From an uncultured Planctomycetales bacterium (GTDB lineage: Bacteria > Omnitrophota > Gorgyraeia > Zapsychrales > CAYRXT01): 61,525 nucleotides of DNA. Shown here piece after piece: positions 1 to 7,750 of the stretch. The notes beneath the pieces were generated by a model. That model was given only the letters and a program-made list of their open reading frames with translations. It ran no database searches and was not told where the DNA came from. The stretch's first letter is position 1; each line of letters begins with the position of its first letter. The stretch is taken from contig CAYRXT010000014.1 of assembly GCA_964428315.1 (NCBI GenBank), positions 1 to 61,525 on the forward strand, in the 5' to 3' direction. Made by a program: the position numbers and the translations under genes.

Positions 1-177
1 ATTCAAAATAATAAATTACAAGAAACTAAATTTTCTTAACGGGACACTACTGACCCCTCATATAATCAAAAAAAGCTTAATTATAACTAATTTAATAATC
101 ACAAACTGTTCATATAAAACAACTTATGAAATACAAATAATATAAAACTTGCTTTATTAATCTAATAAAATTCTTAT

Positions 178-1815
178 TTAATCAGCTATTTTCCAAAGAC
201 TATTTCGTGTATTACCAATGGGTATAATTTTGCCAAGACGTCTTAGCTCTTGAAGAATATTAGATATATCCTGAGGGAAACATTCAGGAAAACCGCTTAA
301 TAAATCTTTTCGACTAGATGGCTTCCCGTCCCTAAGATGATTCAGAATTAACTCTTTAATTTGATCACGTGTTAATCCTTTTATCCGAGTATGTTTCCCG
401 CTCTTACCGATTTTTTCATAATAGCGGTGTGATAAAATATATCGTGTCCCTCGTCCTTTTCCAACCATTTCAACAATTCCTGCTTTAAGAAATTTATCTT
501 TAAATTCCGGGACATTCATCTTTTGCCCCTCACGGATTCTTTCAAGCTCATAAATTTCCTCAAATGACAAATTGATTTGACTCTCATCGGCAACTCGCTC
601 TAAATACAAAATAAAGTTTTCATCTTTAACTTGAGCGGGAATACTTAAGCAAACAGTATCACCATCACTTCGAGAGAGATCCGGCATACCTTTTCCATCA
701 CGAATAGATTTCTCAAAAATATCATCCAACCCCTGACTTGAACGTTCAGCAAACCCAATTTTTTCAAAAGCTTCTGCGAGCAGTCTATTACGCCATTCTT
801 TTTTGCGAAGAATATTTTCCAGTGTGATCCCCGCAGGGAATCCCCCAGGACTCTCAATAAAAAATTCCTGTGGCGAGGCCTTGATAAAAATTGACCTTCC
901 TTTTATAGAATAATCCCTGTGCATAACCGCGTTGTGAACAGCTTCCCGGATAGACTTTTCATCAAATGCCCAGACTTCCCGCTGAAAAAATCCCTCCTGA
1001 AAAGGAATCCGCAAATTACGGGCATTAATTGTATCCCAAATCTCATCATCCACATTAGCAATGGGAGCACGCCAATTCTTCCTGAAATCATAATGCGTTT
1101 GTTTGGAATCATGCCTCCACTCAAAAATAATCTCCGCATCCGGAAGATAACGCCGTATGGCTTCAGATTTACCGACGAGAATCAATCCCGCGTATGCAAT
1201 GCCATTATCTTCCGCTAACCCCGAATTCTCTAAAATTTTCTTGTGATCAAAAGAAAGATATTCACCACGTTTTGATTCTTTCGCCCATTTTTTCCTGAAA
1301 GCTTCTATCGCTGCGACATCCAGATCATCAAACGACAATCCTGGAACAATTCCAGCAGTAAAATCCGGCTGTGCTTCATTTAAAATCTCCCGCGTTTTCT
1401 GGTCATCCATCTCCCCGAGCGATTCACCACGTCTAATCGGATACACATATTTATCACCTTTGCCACCCGACTTAATCCGCCTTCCTGCCGGATGTTTCGG
1501 AATATGAAAAATCAAAATTCTTTTTCCCTGATAAGAAAATTCTTCAACATCCACATGAATATAAATACGCTGCCAAATTTCTTGAGCGAGACCATTATGG
1601 GTTCCTTGCTTAAAATAAGTTCCAACAATTGCTCGGGGTCTTTCTTGAACACCTAAGATAAGTTTCCCGCCACTGCCATTGGCAAACGCCGCACAATAAT
1701 CAAACAAAGATCCTTTGCTATTATCGAATTGATTCTTAGCCTGTTTAAATTCCAAGCTTTCATCTTCTTCAGAATTTAACCACTGTTGAAATTGTTCTTC
1801 GGATGTTTTAATCAT
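178..1815 (-). CDS. AlbA_2 (Schlafen-like) + HATPase_c_4 (RecG C-terminal-like) + C-terminal HTH protein
   Basis: N-terminal EDESLEFK...AAFANGSGGKLILGV (AlbA_2); central REAVHNAVMHRDY, ESPGGFP, RNRLLAEAF (HATPase_c_4); start overlaps the methyltransferase stop (ATGA). Confidence 0.85.
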   Translation of the reverse strand: MIKTSEEQFQQWLNSEEDESLEFKQAKNQFDNSKGSLFDYCAAFANGSGGKLILGVQERPRAIVGTYFKQGTHNGLAQEIWQRIYIHVDVEEFSYQGKRILIFHIPKHPAGRRIKSGGKGDKYVYPIRRGESLGEMDDQKTREILNEAQPDFTAGIVPGLSFDDLDVAAIEAFRKKWAKESKRGEYLSFDHKKILENSGLAEDNGIAYAGLILVGKSEAIRRYLPDAEIIFEWRHDSKQTHYDFRKNWRAPIANVDDEIWDTINARNLRIPFQEGFFQREVWAFDEKSIREAVHNAVMHRDYSIKGRSIFIKASPQEFFIESPGGFPAGITLENILRKKEWRNRLLAEAFEKIGFAERSSQGLDDIFEKSIRDGKGMPDLSRSDGDTVCLSIPAQVKDENFILYLERVADESQINLSFEEIYELERIREGQKMNVPEFKDKFLKAGIVEMVGKGRGTRYILSHRYYEKIGKSGKHTRIKGLTRDQIKELILNHLRDGKPSSRKDLLSGFPECFPQDISNILQELRRLGKIIPIGNTRNSLWKIAD

Positions 1816-4013
1816 GCGATATTAACCTCAATCATTTTTGTTGTGTCATTGCCGAAAATATCGACCACTTTCACGGCGATCTTACGTCGCCCTTTTGGCA
1901 CTTCTTTTTCGGCTGAAACAAGCTCAAGCGAGCGGTCTTTCTTTGTCCTGAATGACTGCCATTCATTTTCAAAAATATATGCCCCTGTCCAAATTTCTTC
2001 TTCAGAAGAAATTTGCCCTGAGCCTGTCGAAGGGCTTCCACTTTCATTCTTAATAATTCGCACAATCTCTTTTTTGCTTTCCATATCAAAATCTACCGAC
2101 CAATAATCCACCCAATCCGTCCATTTTTTCGTTAAAACTTCCTTACTGATTGCGTTTGTTTTCTTGTCCTTGCTGATCTTGATAACCTGACCGTTTTCAA
2201 TAACAATCTTGCTCCCGCCCGCCTTGAGTGAACCTTCTGTTTCTTCCACGCTGTCCTGATTATAAAACACACTGAAATCACACAACTCAACGGCTATTGT
2301 TTTATTATTGCCTCGACCTTTGATAATCGGCTTGATCTCAATATACGCCACGTCATAAAACTTCACATGACCCCGCTCAACCGCCCGCTTGTCAAACACT
2401 TCCCGAGGGATGATCTTGAATTGAATATCAATGCCGTGCGTTTTCTGTAATTCCTGAAAATCAATGCCCATCTCATAATCAAACCCCAGCACATCGCACT
2501 TGGTGACCTTGTTGGCTTTGGCTTCCGCAAGCACATCCTCAACAAAACCGTAAGTTACTGCCGTGCTAATCGGTCCGACTGCCACAAGCCGATCCCGCTT
2601 CTTTCCCATAAAATTATTGTATGAATCAACCGGCTGGGCTTTGTAAGCGTGAAGAATTAAATCCACAAATTCCCGTTCTTTGCGGGTCAAATAAACCTTT
2701 TGCTCCGGCTCGCTCAATTTATCATGCGTATTGACATAATATTCCCGCTCATATTTACCGAGATTAAGAATTTCAAACGCCCGAAAATCCTTCCCGTCTT
2801 TTTTCATTTCCCGTTGAACCTGAATCATCCGCTTTCGAGTTGTATGAATAGCAAATCTTCCCAAATCCGTCCCGATCCATTTACGTCCTAACTTTTCAGC
2901 AACAGCAATAGTTGTTCCCGAACCACAGAAGAAATCAGCGACAAGATCGCCTTCATTTGAAGAAGCTCTAATTATCCGTTCAAGTAAAGTTAAAGGCTTT
3001 TGAGTAGGATAACCCAACGCTTCTTTAGCTGAGTTGTTAATCTTATCTAAATCCCAGACGTCATCAACAACCACGCCTTGTTCCATAACCTCATCAAGAT
3101 AACGCTTAATTCTTTTACCACCACCAGCATCAGATAAAACATATTCTCGTCCATCTTCGTCTTTTCTTATCTTCTGTTTTCTAGCTTTAACATAATCCTC
3201 TTTTGAAGCCCACGGCTGGAAATAAGAATTAAAAATTGGAGCCTCAGATTTCGAATAAAATAAAATGTTGTCATGCCTTCTTTCATATGATCTATTCAAC
3301 TTCTTGTTCCAACCGCTGTAATGCCAAGCAATCGAGTTACTAAACATTTCTTTCCCAAAAATCTCATCCAAAACCATTCTCATATAGGAATTAACACGAT
3401 GATCACAATGAACATAAATACTGCCGTCATCCGCTAAAAGACCGTGCATAAGTTTGAGACGTTCATAGATCATGGCAATAAAACTGTCCGCACCTTTACC
3501 CCAAGTGTCACGATAAGCGACTTCTTCAATCACAGAAGGTTTCTTGGTGAAAGATTCAACTTGCCCTGAGCCTGTCGAAGGGTCCCCGATCTCAACATTC
3601 ATAGAAAAGTCCGCCCCGACATCAAATGGCGGGTCGATATAGATGAGTTTCAATCCGCCTTGCTTGTCAATTTCCCGACGCATGGGACCGTTTTTGAGCG
3701 ATGAAAGAATAAGTTTATTGTCGCCCCAGATAAGTTTGTTCGTCCAGCCCCGTATTTGCCTGCCTGAAGGATCGTAAAAATCAAAGGTTCCTTGTTCTTT
3801 TCCTTGTTTAATGCGTTCAGTGCGAGGCTCATCAATATGCTCAATTACCTGAAACGGCAGAACCAGATTGCACACCTCCTGTGTTTTACCGTTCCATAGA
3901 AGCTCAACCTCACGGTCATCATCAAACAATAAAAACCGATACTTGTCCGGCAATGGCTTGCTCTGCTGTATCAGCTTAATAGCGTCTCTTTTTTCATTAT
4001 CAGATAAATTCAT
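1812..4013 (-). CDS. Site-specific DNA amino-methyltransferase (N6A/N4C, type III Mod-like architecture)
   Basis: LIYIDPPF catalytic motif, YPTQKP, DFFCGSGTT SAM-binding motif, C-terminal IAVKVVDIFGNDT. Confidence 0.92.
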   Translation of the reverse strand: MNLSDNEKRDAIKLIQQSKPLPDKYRFLLFDDDREVELLWNGKTQEVCNLVLPFQVIEHIDEPRTERIKQGKEQGTFDFYDPSGRQIRGWTNKLIWGDNKLILSSLKNGPMRREIDKQGGLKLIYIDPPFDVGADFSMNVEIGDPSTGSGQVESFTKKPSVIEEVAYRDTWGKGADSFIAMIYERLKLMHGLLADDGSIYVHCDHRVNSYMRMVLDEIFGKEMFSNSIAWHYSGWNKKLNRSYERRHDNILFYSKSEAPIFNSYFQPWASKEDYVKARKQKIRKDEDGREYVLSDAGGGKRIKRYLDEVMEQGVVVDDVWDLDKINNSAKEALGYPTQKPLTLLERIIRASSNEGDLVADFFCGSGTTIAVAEKLGRKWIGTDLGRFAIHTTRKRMIQVQREMKKDGKDFRAFEILNLGKYEREYYVNTHDKLSEPEQKVYLTRKEREFVDLILHAYKAQPVDSYNNFMGKKRDRLVAVGPISTAVTYGFVEDVLAEAKANKVTKCDVLGFDYEMGIDFQELQKTHGIDIQFKIIPREVFDKRAVERGHVKFYDVAYIEIKPIIKGRGNNKTIAVELCDFSVFYNQDSVEETEGSLKAGGSKIVIENGQVIKISKDKKTNAISKEVLTKKWTDWVDYWSVDFDMESKKEIVRIIKNESGSPSTGSGQISSEEEIWTGAYIFENEWQSFRTKKDRSLELVSAEKEVPKGRRKIAVKVVDIFGNDTTKMIEVNIA
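2013..2034. repeat. 22-bp intragenic repeat copy 1 (ttgccctgagcctgtcgaaggg; PSTGSGQ in the MTase)
   Basis: Identical to 3561-3582. Confidence 0.9.
3561..3582. repeat. 22-bp intragenic repeat copy 2 (PSTGSGQ in the MTase)
   Basis: Identical to 2013-2034. Confidence 0.9.
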
Positions 4014-4198
4014 TATTTCCTAATTCTTCCCTTTAAAAATTTATCAATATGATACTGCTGTATCTTGTTCGGTCGTGTTTTGCCGTTCAGCCAACGGCTC
4101 ACGGTCGAGAAATTTACGCCTATCTCGTCCGCAAGTTCCTGTTGTGTGATCCTGTTTTCTAAACGGTATAATTCAAGTTGTTTGATTAAGTCATCCAT
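4013..4198 (-). CDS. XRE-family HTH protein, probable R-M controller
   Basis: ITQQELADEIGVNFSTVSRWLNGKTRP; stop overlaps the MTase start (TAATG). Confidence 0.85.
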   Translation of the reverse strand: MDDLIKQLELYRLENRITQQELADEIGVNFSTVSRWLNGKTRPNKIQQYHIDKFLKGRIRK

Positions 4199-4283
4199 AG
4201 CGATCCGTTAGCCTTTGATTAAAGGGTAGTGACAATTTGTCCCCGCCCTTGGTGTCTAAAAACTGTCCGCTTGTATATCTTGC

Positions 4284-4312
4284 ATTTTATCGCAAAAGCC
4301 CAATAATAACAA
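4284..4312 (-). promoter_or_regulatory. Candidate sigma70 promoter for the HTH-MTase operon
   Basis: Minus strand reads TTGTTA-17 bp-TAAAAT. Confidence 0.35.
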
Positions 4313-4319
4313 TAGCAAA

Positions 4320-4670
4320 GTTAATTCGCTTGAGACAGGCAAACTAAACGTTGACGACCTCGCCCCGAGGATTAAAGAGCTTAAAACACAAATTGACACG
4401 CTTGAACAAAAAAAACATGAAATACTTGAAGAAATAGACCCGCCTCAAAGCCCGCCGTTTAACGCGCAAAGCCTAAAAGCGTATGTGCAAGACCTTGCCG
4501 ATCTCCTCAGCAAAGGCTCGATTGTCGAGCAAAAGTCCTTCCTTCGCTCCTTTATCGAGCGGATTGTTGTTAACCACCCGGAAGCGGAAGTTTTCTATAA
4601 CATCCCCATAATAAACAACAAAGGCAGAACCTCAAAAAGTGAAGTTCTGCCCATGTTACAAATTGGCTCC
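4320..4670 (+). pseudogene. C-terminal remnant of a large serine recombinase
   Basis: Open frame NSLETGKLNVDDLAPRIKELK...EQKSFLRSFIERIVV...FYNIP resembles the coiled-coil/C-terminal part of large serine recombinases; no catalytic N-terminus; frame runs into the att-like sequence. Confidence 0.65.
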
Positions 4671-4680
4671 CCCGCGAGGG
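4664..4680 (-). other. tRNA 3'-end-like att scar (CCCTCGCGGGGGAGCCA on the minus strand)
   Basis: Ends in GGGGGAG-CCA like a tRNA-Asn-type 3' end; sits at the end of the recombinase remnant and near the GC shift; no full tRNA present. Confidence 0.4.
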
Positions 4681-4776
4681 CTTCCTGCTTCGCGTCAAAA
4701 CTTCCGTTTGGACGCTTCGCAGGACTTCGCGAACCTATCCTTGGGATAGGTTCTTCGTATCCTCACAAAGAAATGT

Positions 4777-4814
4777 ATTTTGATTGGACGCCCAAAAGGG
4801 CGTCCAATCAAAAT
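4777..4814. terminator. Perfect 17-bp stem hairpin, probable terminator
   Basis: attttgattggacgccc-aaaa-gggcgtccaatcaaaat, just downstream of the minus-strand operon ending at 4848. Confidence 0.7.
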
Positions 4815-4847
4815 TAACTCCCCGGTCTATACGGCTGGCTCCGGACC

Positions 4848-5408
4848 TCAGGGCGCCCGTCCGCCTTCCCCGTTGACAAACCGGAAACTCTCGACGATCT
4901 TTTCCATCAAAGGCCGGACCTGCTCCCACTGCTCCTTCGGCCGGACGGCAAACATGACCGTGTAGAGCCTCAGGTCATGAAGGACATAAAAATCGTGCAG
5001 GCGCGTATCGGGCCGGTCGCCGGCAACGCCCTTAGCCAAAACGGCATCCTTGCCGGCGAAAGAAACGCCTCGCTCGACCGTGAACCCGTCCGCGTACTGT
5101 CCTATCTCCTTTATGACCGGCCGGTTGACCTGCTGGTCAAAGAGGACGGGACTGTCGGAGGCGGCCACCGTCAGGGTGGCCAGGGGTTCACGCGTCATGA
5201 CGACGAAGATCACGCCCTCATCGGTCTCCAGCTCCCAGTCCGGATCGCAGTAAAACCGTATCCCCAGCTTCGCGTCTTCGCATTCATAAAGTTCGATTGT
5301 CTTGACCTGCTCTTGGCTTTCCTCCCGGGCGGAAGCCGCGTCCAGGGACAGGGCCAGAAGCCCGGTTATCATGACGGCTTTCAGAAAACAGTGAACGGCA
5401 TTATTCAT
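4848..5408 (-). CDS. Exported hypothetical protein (possibly PsbP-like fold)
   Basis: N-terminal signal peptide, DPDW motif and terminal KIVESFRF; overlaps pcm stop. Confidence 0.6.
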   Translation of the reverse strand: MNNAVHCFLKAVMITGLLALSLDAASAREESQEQVKTIELYECEDAKLGIRFYCDPDWELETDEGVIFVVMTREPLATLTVAASDSPVLFDQQVNRPVIKEIGQYADGFTVERGVSFAGKDAVLAKGVAGDRPDTRLHDFYVLHDLRLYTVMFAVRPKEQWEQVRPLMEKIVESFRFVNGEGGRAP

Positions 5409-6156
5409 TCTCTCCCTCCCTGATCATGGGAACGAACCGGACGGGAAAAACGCTCTCGCGTTCCAGGCCGCTCTCGGTCTTGGTGATTACAAGCAGTTCC
5501 TGATACACCGACCCCACGGGGATCACCATACGCCCGCCGGCCTTGAGCTGGTCCGCCAGCGCCTGGGGCACATCCTCCGGCGCCGCCGTGACGATAATGG
5601 CATCAAAGGGCGCGTGCTGAGGCCACCCCTTGTATCCGTCGCCGTGTTTGACATGGACATTCCCGTACCCCAGCTCCTCCAGGCGCTCTGCCGCGCTTTT
5701 GGCCAGCGGTTCGACGATTTCGATCGTGTACACCTTATCCGCTATTTCCCCCAGGATCGCGGCCTGATAACCGGAGCCGGTCCCGATCTCCAGCACTTTG
5801 TCATCCTTATCCAGCCGGGCCGCCTCGGTCATGTACGCGACGATGTACGGCTGGGAGATCGTCTGGCCGTGGCCGATGGGCAGGGGGCCGTCATTGTACG
5901 CCCACATCCGGGACGCGGCCGGGACAAACAGATGCCGCTCCACTTTCCGCATCGCTTCCAGCACCCCGGGATCCCTGACGCCGCGGTCTTCGATCTGATG
6001 TTTCACCATGGCTTCGCGCTTTTCCATAAATCCATCCCTCCCCTCGGCCAGAAGCAGGCCGGACGCAAACAGCAATCCTAAGACAACAATAACGCCGGCC
6101 CATTTCATAAAGTGTTTTTTCTCCTGCGATCTGTTTTGTTCTTTCTGGAATTTCAT
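5401..6156 (-). CDS. pcm: Protein-L-isoaspartate O-methyltransferase with N-terminal hydrophobic segment
   Basis: GQTISQPYIVAYM, VLEIGTGSGYQAA, APFDAIIVTAA, VRFVPM. Confidence 0.95.
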   Translation of the reverse strand: MKFQKEQNRSQEKKHFMKWAGVIVVLGLLFASGLLLAEGRDGFMEKREAMVKHQIEDRGVRDPGVLEAMRKVERHLFVPAASRMWAYNDGPLPIGHGQTISQPYIVAYMTEAARLDKDDKVLEIGTGSGYQAAILGEIADKVYTIEIVEPLAKSAAERLEELGYGNVHVKHGDGYKGWPQHAPFDAIIVTAAPEDVPQALADQLKAGGRMVIPVGSVYQELLVITKTESGLERESVFPVRFVPMIREGENE

Positions 6157-6168
6157 AAGCGATCTGAT

Positions 6169-7680
6169 TTATCCGAAAAGCTGGATTTGCGTTTCGGTCT
6201 TTTTGGTCTTGCGGGTCCGGGCCTTGTCGCGTTCGATGAGCTCTTCTTTGATTTTCGACAAGAACCGAGAAGGGGCGTTGCGCAGGGCCTTTCCGAAGAG
6301 AACCCGTTGCGCGGCCCTCACCAAAAATAAGCGCTCCCCGGCCCGCGTCATCCCGACATAGAACAGCCTGCGCTCCTCTTCTTCATCCGCGGCCATGTTC
6401 AATATATTCAAGGGAAGGAGGTTCTCTTCGCACCCGACGACAAAGACGACCGGGAATTCCAGCCCCTTGGCGGCGTGCAGAGTCATCAGAGTCACCTTTT
6501 CCGGTTCGACTTCGGGTTCGACGATGCCGCCGGAGGGAATGTCCGTCCGGTCTTCTGCGGAGGACATCTCCTCTTTACCCGAGACATGATAGGGGATGCC
6601 GCTTCGGTCCAAGGCCTCCTTAAGCGGCCGCGCCTGGGCCCTGAGCCGGTAGAGGACCGCGATATCCCCGAATGTCATCTCTCCCAGGTCCTCCGCGCCG
6701 ACCCGCCCGGAATCCTGCGAAAACAAGCTGGTCCCTCCGACGAGTTTTTCTATCTGATGGACGACATATTCGGCCTCGGCCTTGTCCGTCGGTGCCGCGT
6801 GCACCGTAAGGCGTCCCTGCCGGATGATTTTCGCGGTCAAAGGCGGCACCGTGAACCGGCTCCCGGCGATGACCTGTCCGGAGGCGGCCAGGAGGCCCGC
6901 GGCGGATCGGTAATTTTCCTCCAGAAAGCACCGCTCGGCCCCGGGAAAGTCATCTTCGAAACTTTCAAAATATCCGACATCCGCGCCGCGGAAGCCGTAG
7001 ACCGCCTGGTTGGGATCACCGATGGCCGTGAGCCGGTTTCCCGGCCCGGCGATCGTTCTCAACAGGGCGTGCTGGACGGGATTGATATCCTGGTATTCGT
7101 CGACAAAGATCTGTGTGTACAACGACCTCGTTTCCCGGCGGATGTCCGGCCGGTCGATCAGAAGGAACAGTGTTTCCCTCAAGATGTCGTCGAAATCAAG
7201 CCAGCTGCGCTCCCGGAGCCACGCGTTGTATCGGGCCACGGGACCGGGGCATTCTCTGTCGAGGCTGACGGCCTTCCAGCGGATGATTGCCTCTGCGGCG
7301 TCCCTGGATTCGTTTAAGGACCTGATATATCTCTGCAGGGCATCCTCGGGCGCGACGGACACCTGTTTTCCCCCGTTAAATTCCGCCGCGTGGTCCCTCA
7401 GAACCGCGAGGCAGAACTGATGGAAGGTCCCGGTAAAAATATTGTTTAACCGGGCGGGGACAAGGGCGGCCAGCCTGTCTTTCATCTCGCCGGCGGCCTT
7501 GTTAGTAAAAGTCACGGCCAGGATCTTCCGGCCCGGGGGGAGGTCTCCGGCATTGCGTGCGATCCGGCGGGTCAGGGTATGGGTCTTGCCCGTGCCGGGT
7601 CCGGCCACGATGAGCAGATGTTCCGCCGGATGGTTTACGGCCCGCCACTGGGCGTCGTTGATGTCGGGGGGGCGTTTCAT
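6169..7680 (-). CDS. UvrD/PcrA-family SF1 DNA helicase (compact)
   Basis: AGPGTGKT, VDEYQD, GDPNQAVYGFRGA, ENYRS, TLHAAKGLEF, EERRLFYVGMTRA; start taken at ATG 7680 because the longer ORF start lies inside the palindrome. Confidence 0.9.
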   Translation of the reverse strand: MKRPPDINDAQWRAVNHPAEHLLIVAGPGTGKTHTLTRRIARNAGDLPPGRKILAVTFTNKAAGEMKDRLAALVPARLNNIFTGTFHQFCLAVLRDHAAEFNGGKQVSVAPEDALQRYIRSLNESRDAAEAIIRWKAVSLDRECPGPVARYNAWLRERSWLDFDDILRETLFLLIDRPDIRRETRSLYTQIFVDEYQDINPVQHALLRTIAGPGNRLTAIGDPNQAVYGFRGADVGYFESFEDDFPGAERCFLEENYRSAAGLLAASGQVIAGSRFTVPPLTAKIIRQGRLTVHAAPTDKAEAEYVVHQIEKLVGGTSLFSQDSGRVGAEDLGEMTFGDIAVLYRLRAQARPLKEALDRSGIPYHVSGKEEMSSAEDRTDIPSGGIVEPEVEPEKVTLMTLHAAKGLEFPVVFVVGCEENLLPLNILNMAADEEEERRLFYVGMTRAGERLFLVRAAQRVLFGKALRNAPSRFLSKIKEELIERDKARTRKTKKTETQIQLFG

Positions 7681-7696
7681 TCGGTTATTAGAACGC

Positions 7697-7749
7697 ACCA
7701 GTTCCACCTCGTAGGTGGAACCTGGTTCCACCTACGAGGTGGAACTGGT
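7697..7749. repeat. Perfect 53-bp palindrome (26-1-26) whose arms are each 9-bp hairpins
   Basis: accagttccacctcgtaggtggaacc-t-ggttccacctacgaggtggaactggt. Confidence 0.95.
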
Positions 7750-7750
7750 A

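Noticed and set aside
28-52. Possible IS/MITE terminus (tagtgtcccgttaagaaaa on the minus strand) near the window edge
   Set aside because: No partner inverted repeat or transposase inside the window; cannot be supported.
4664-4770. Possible tRNA gene
   Set aside because: Only about 17 nt resemble a tRNA 3' end; I could not build D or anticodon arms.
4485-4817. 110-aa ORF as an independent gene
   Set aside because: It is the tail of the truncated recombinase frame reading through att and hairpin sequence.
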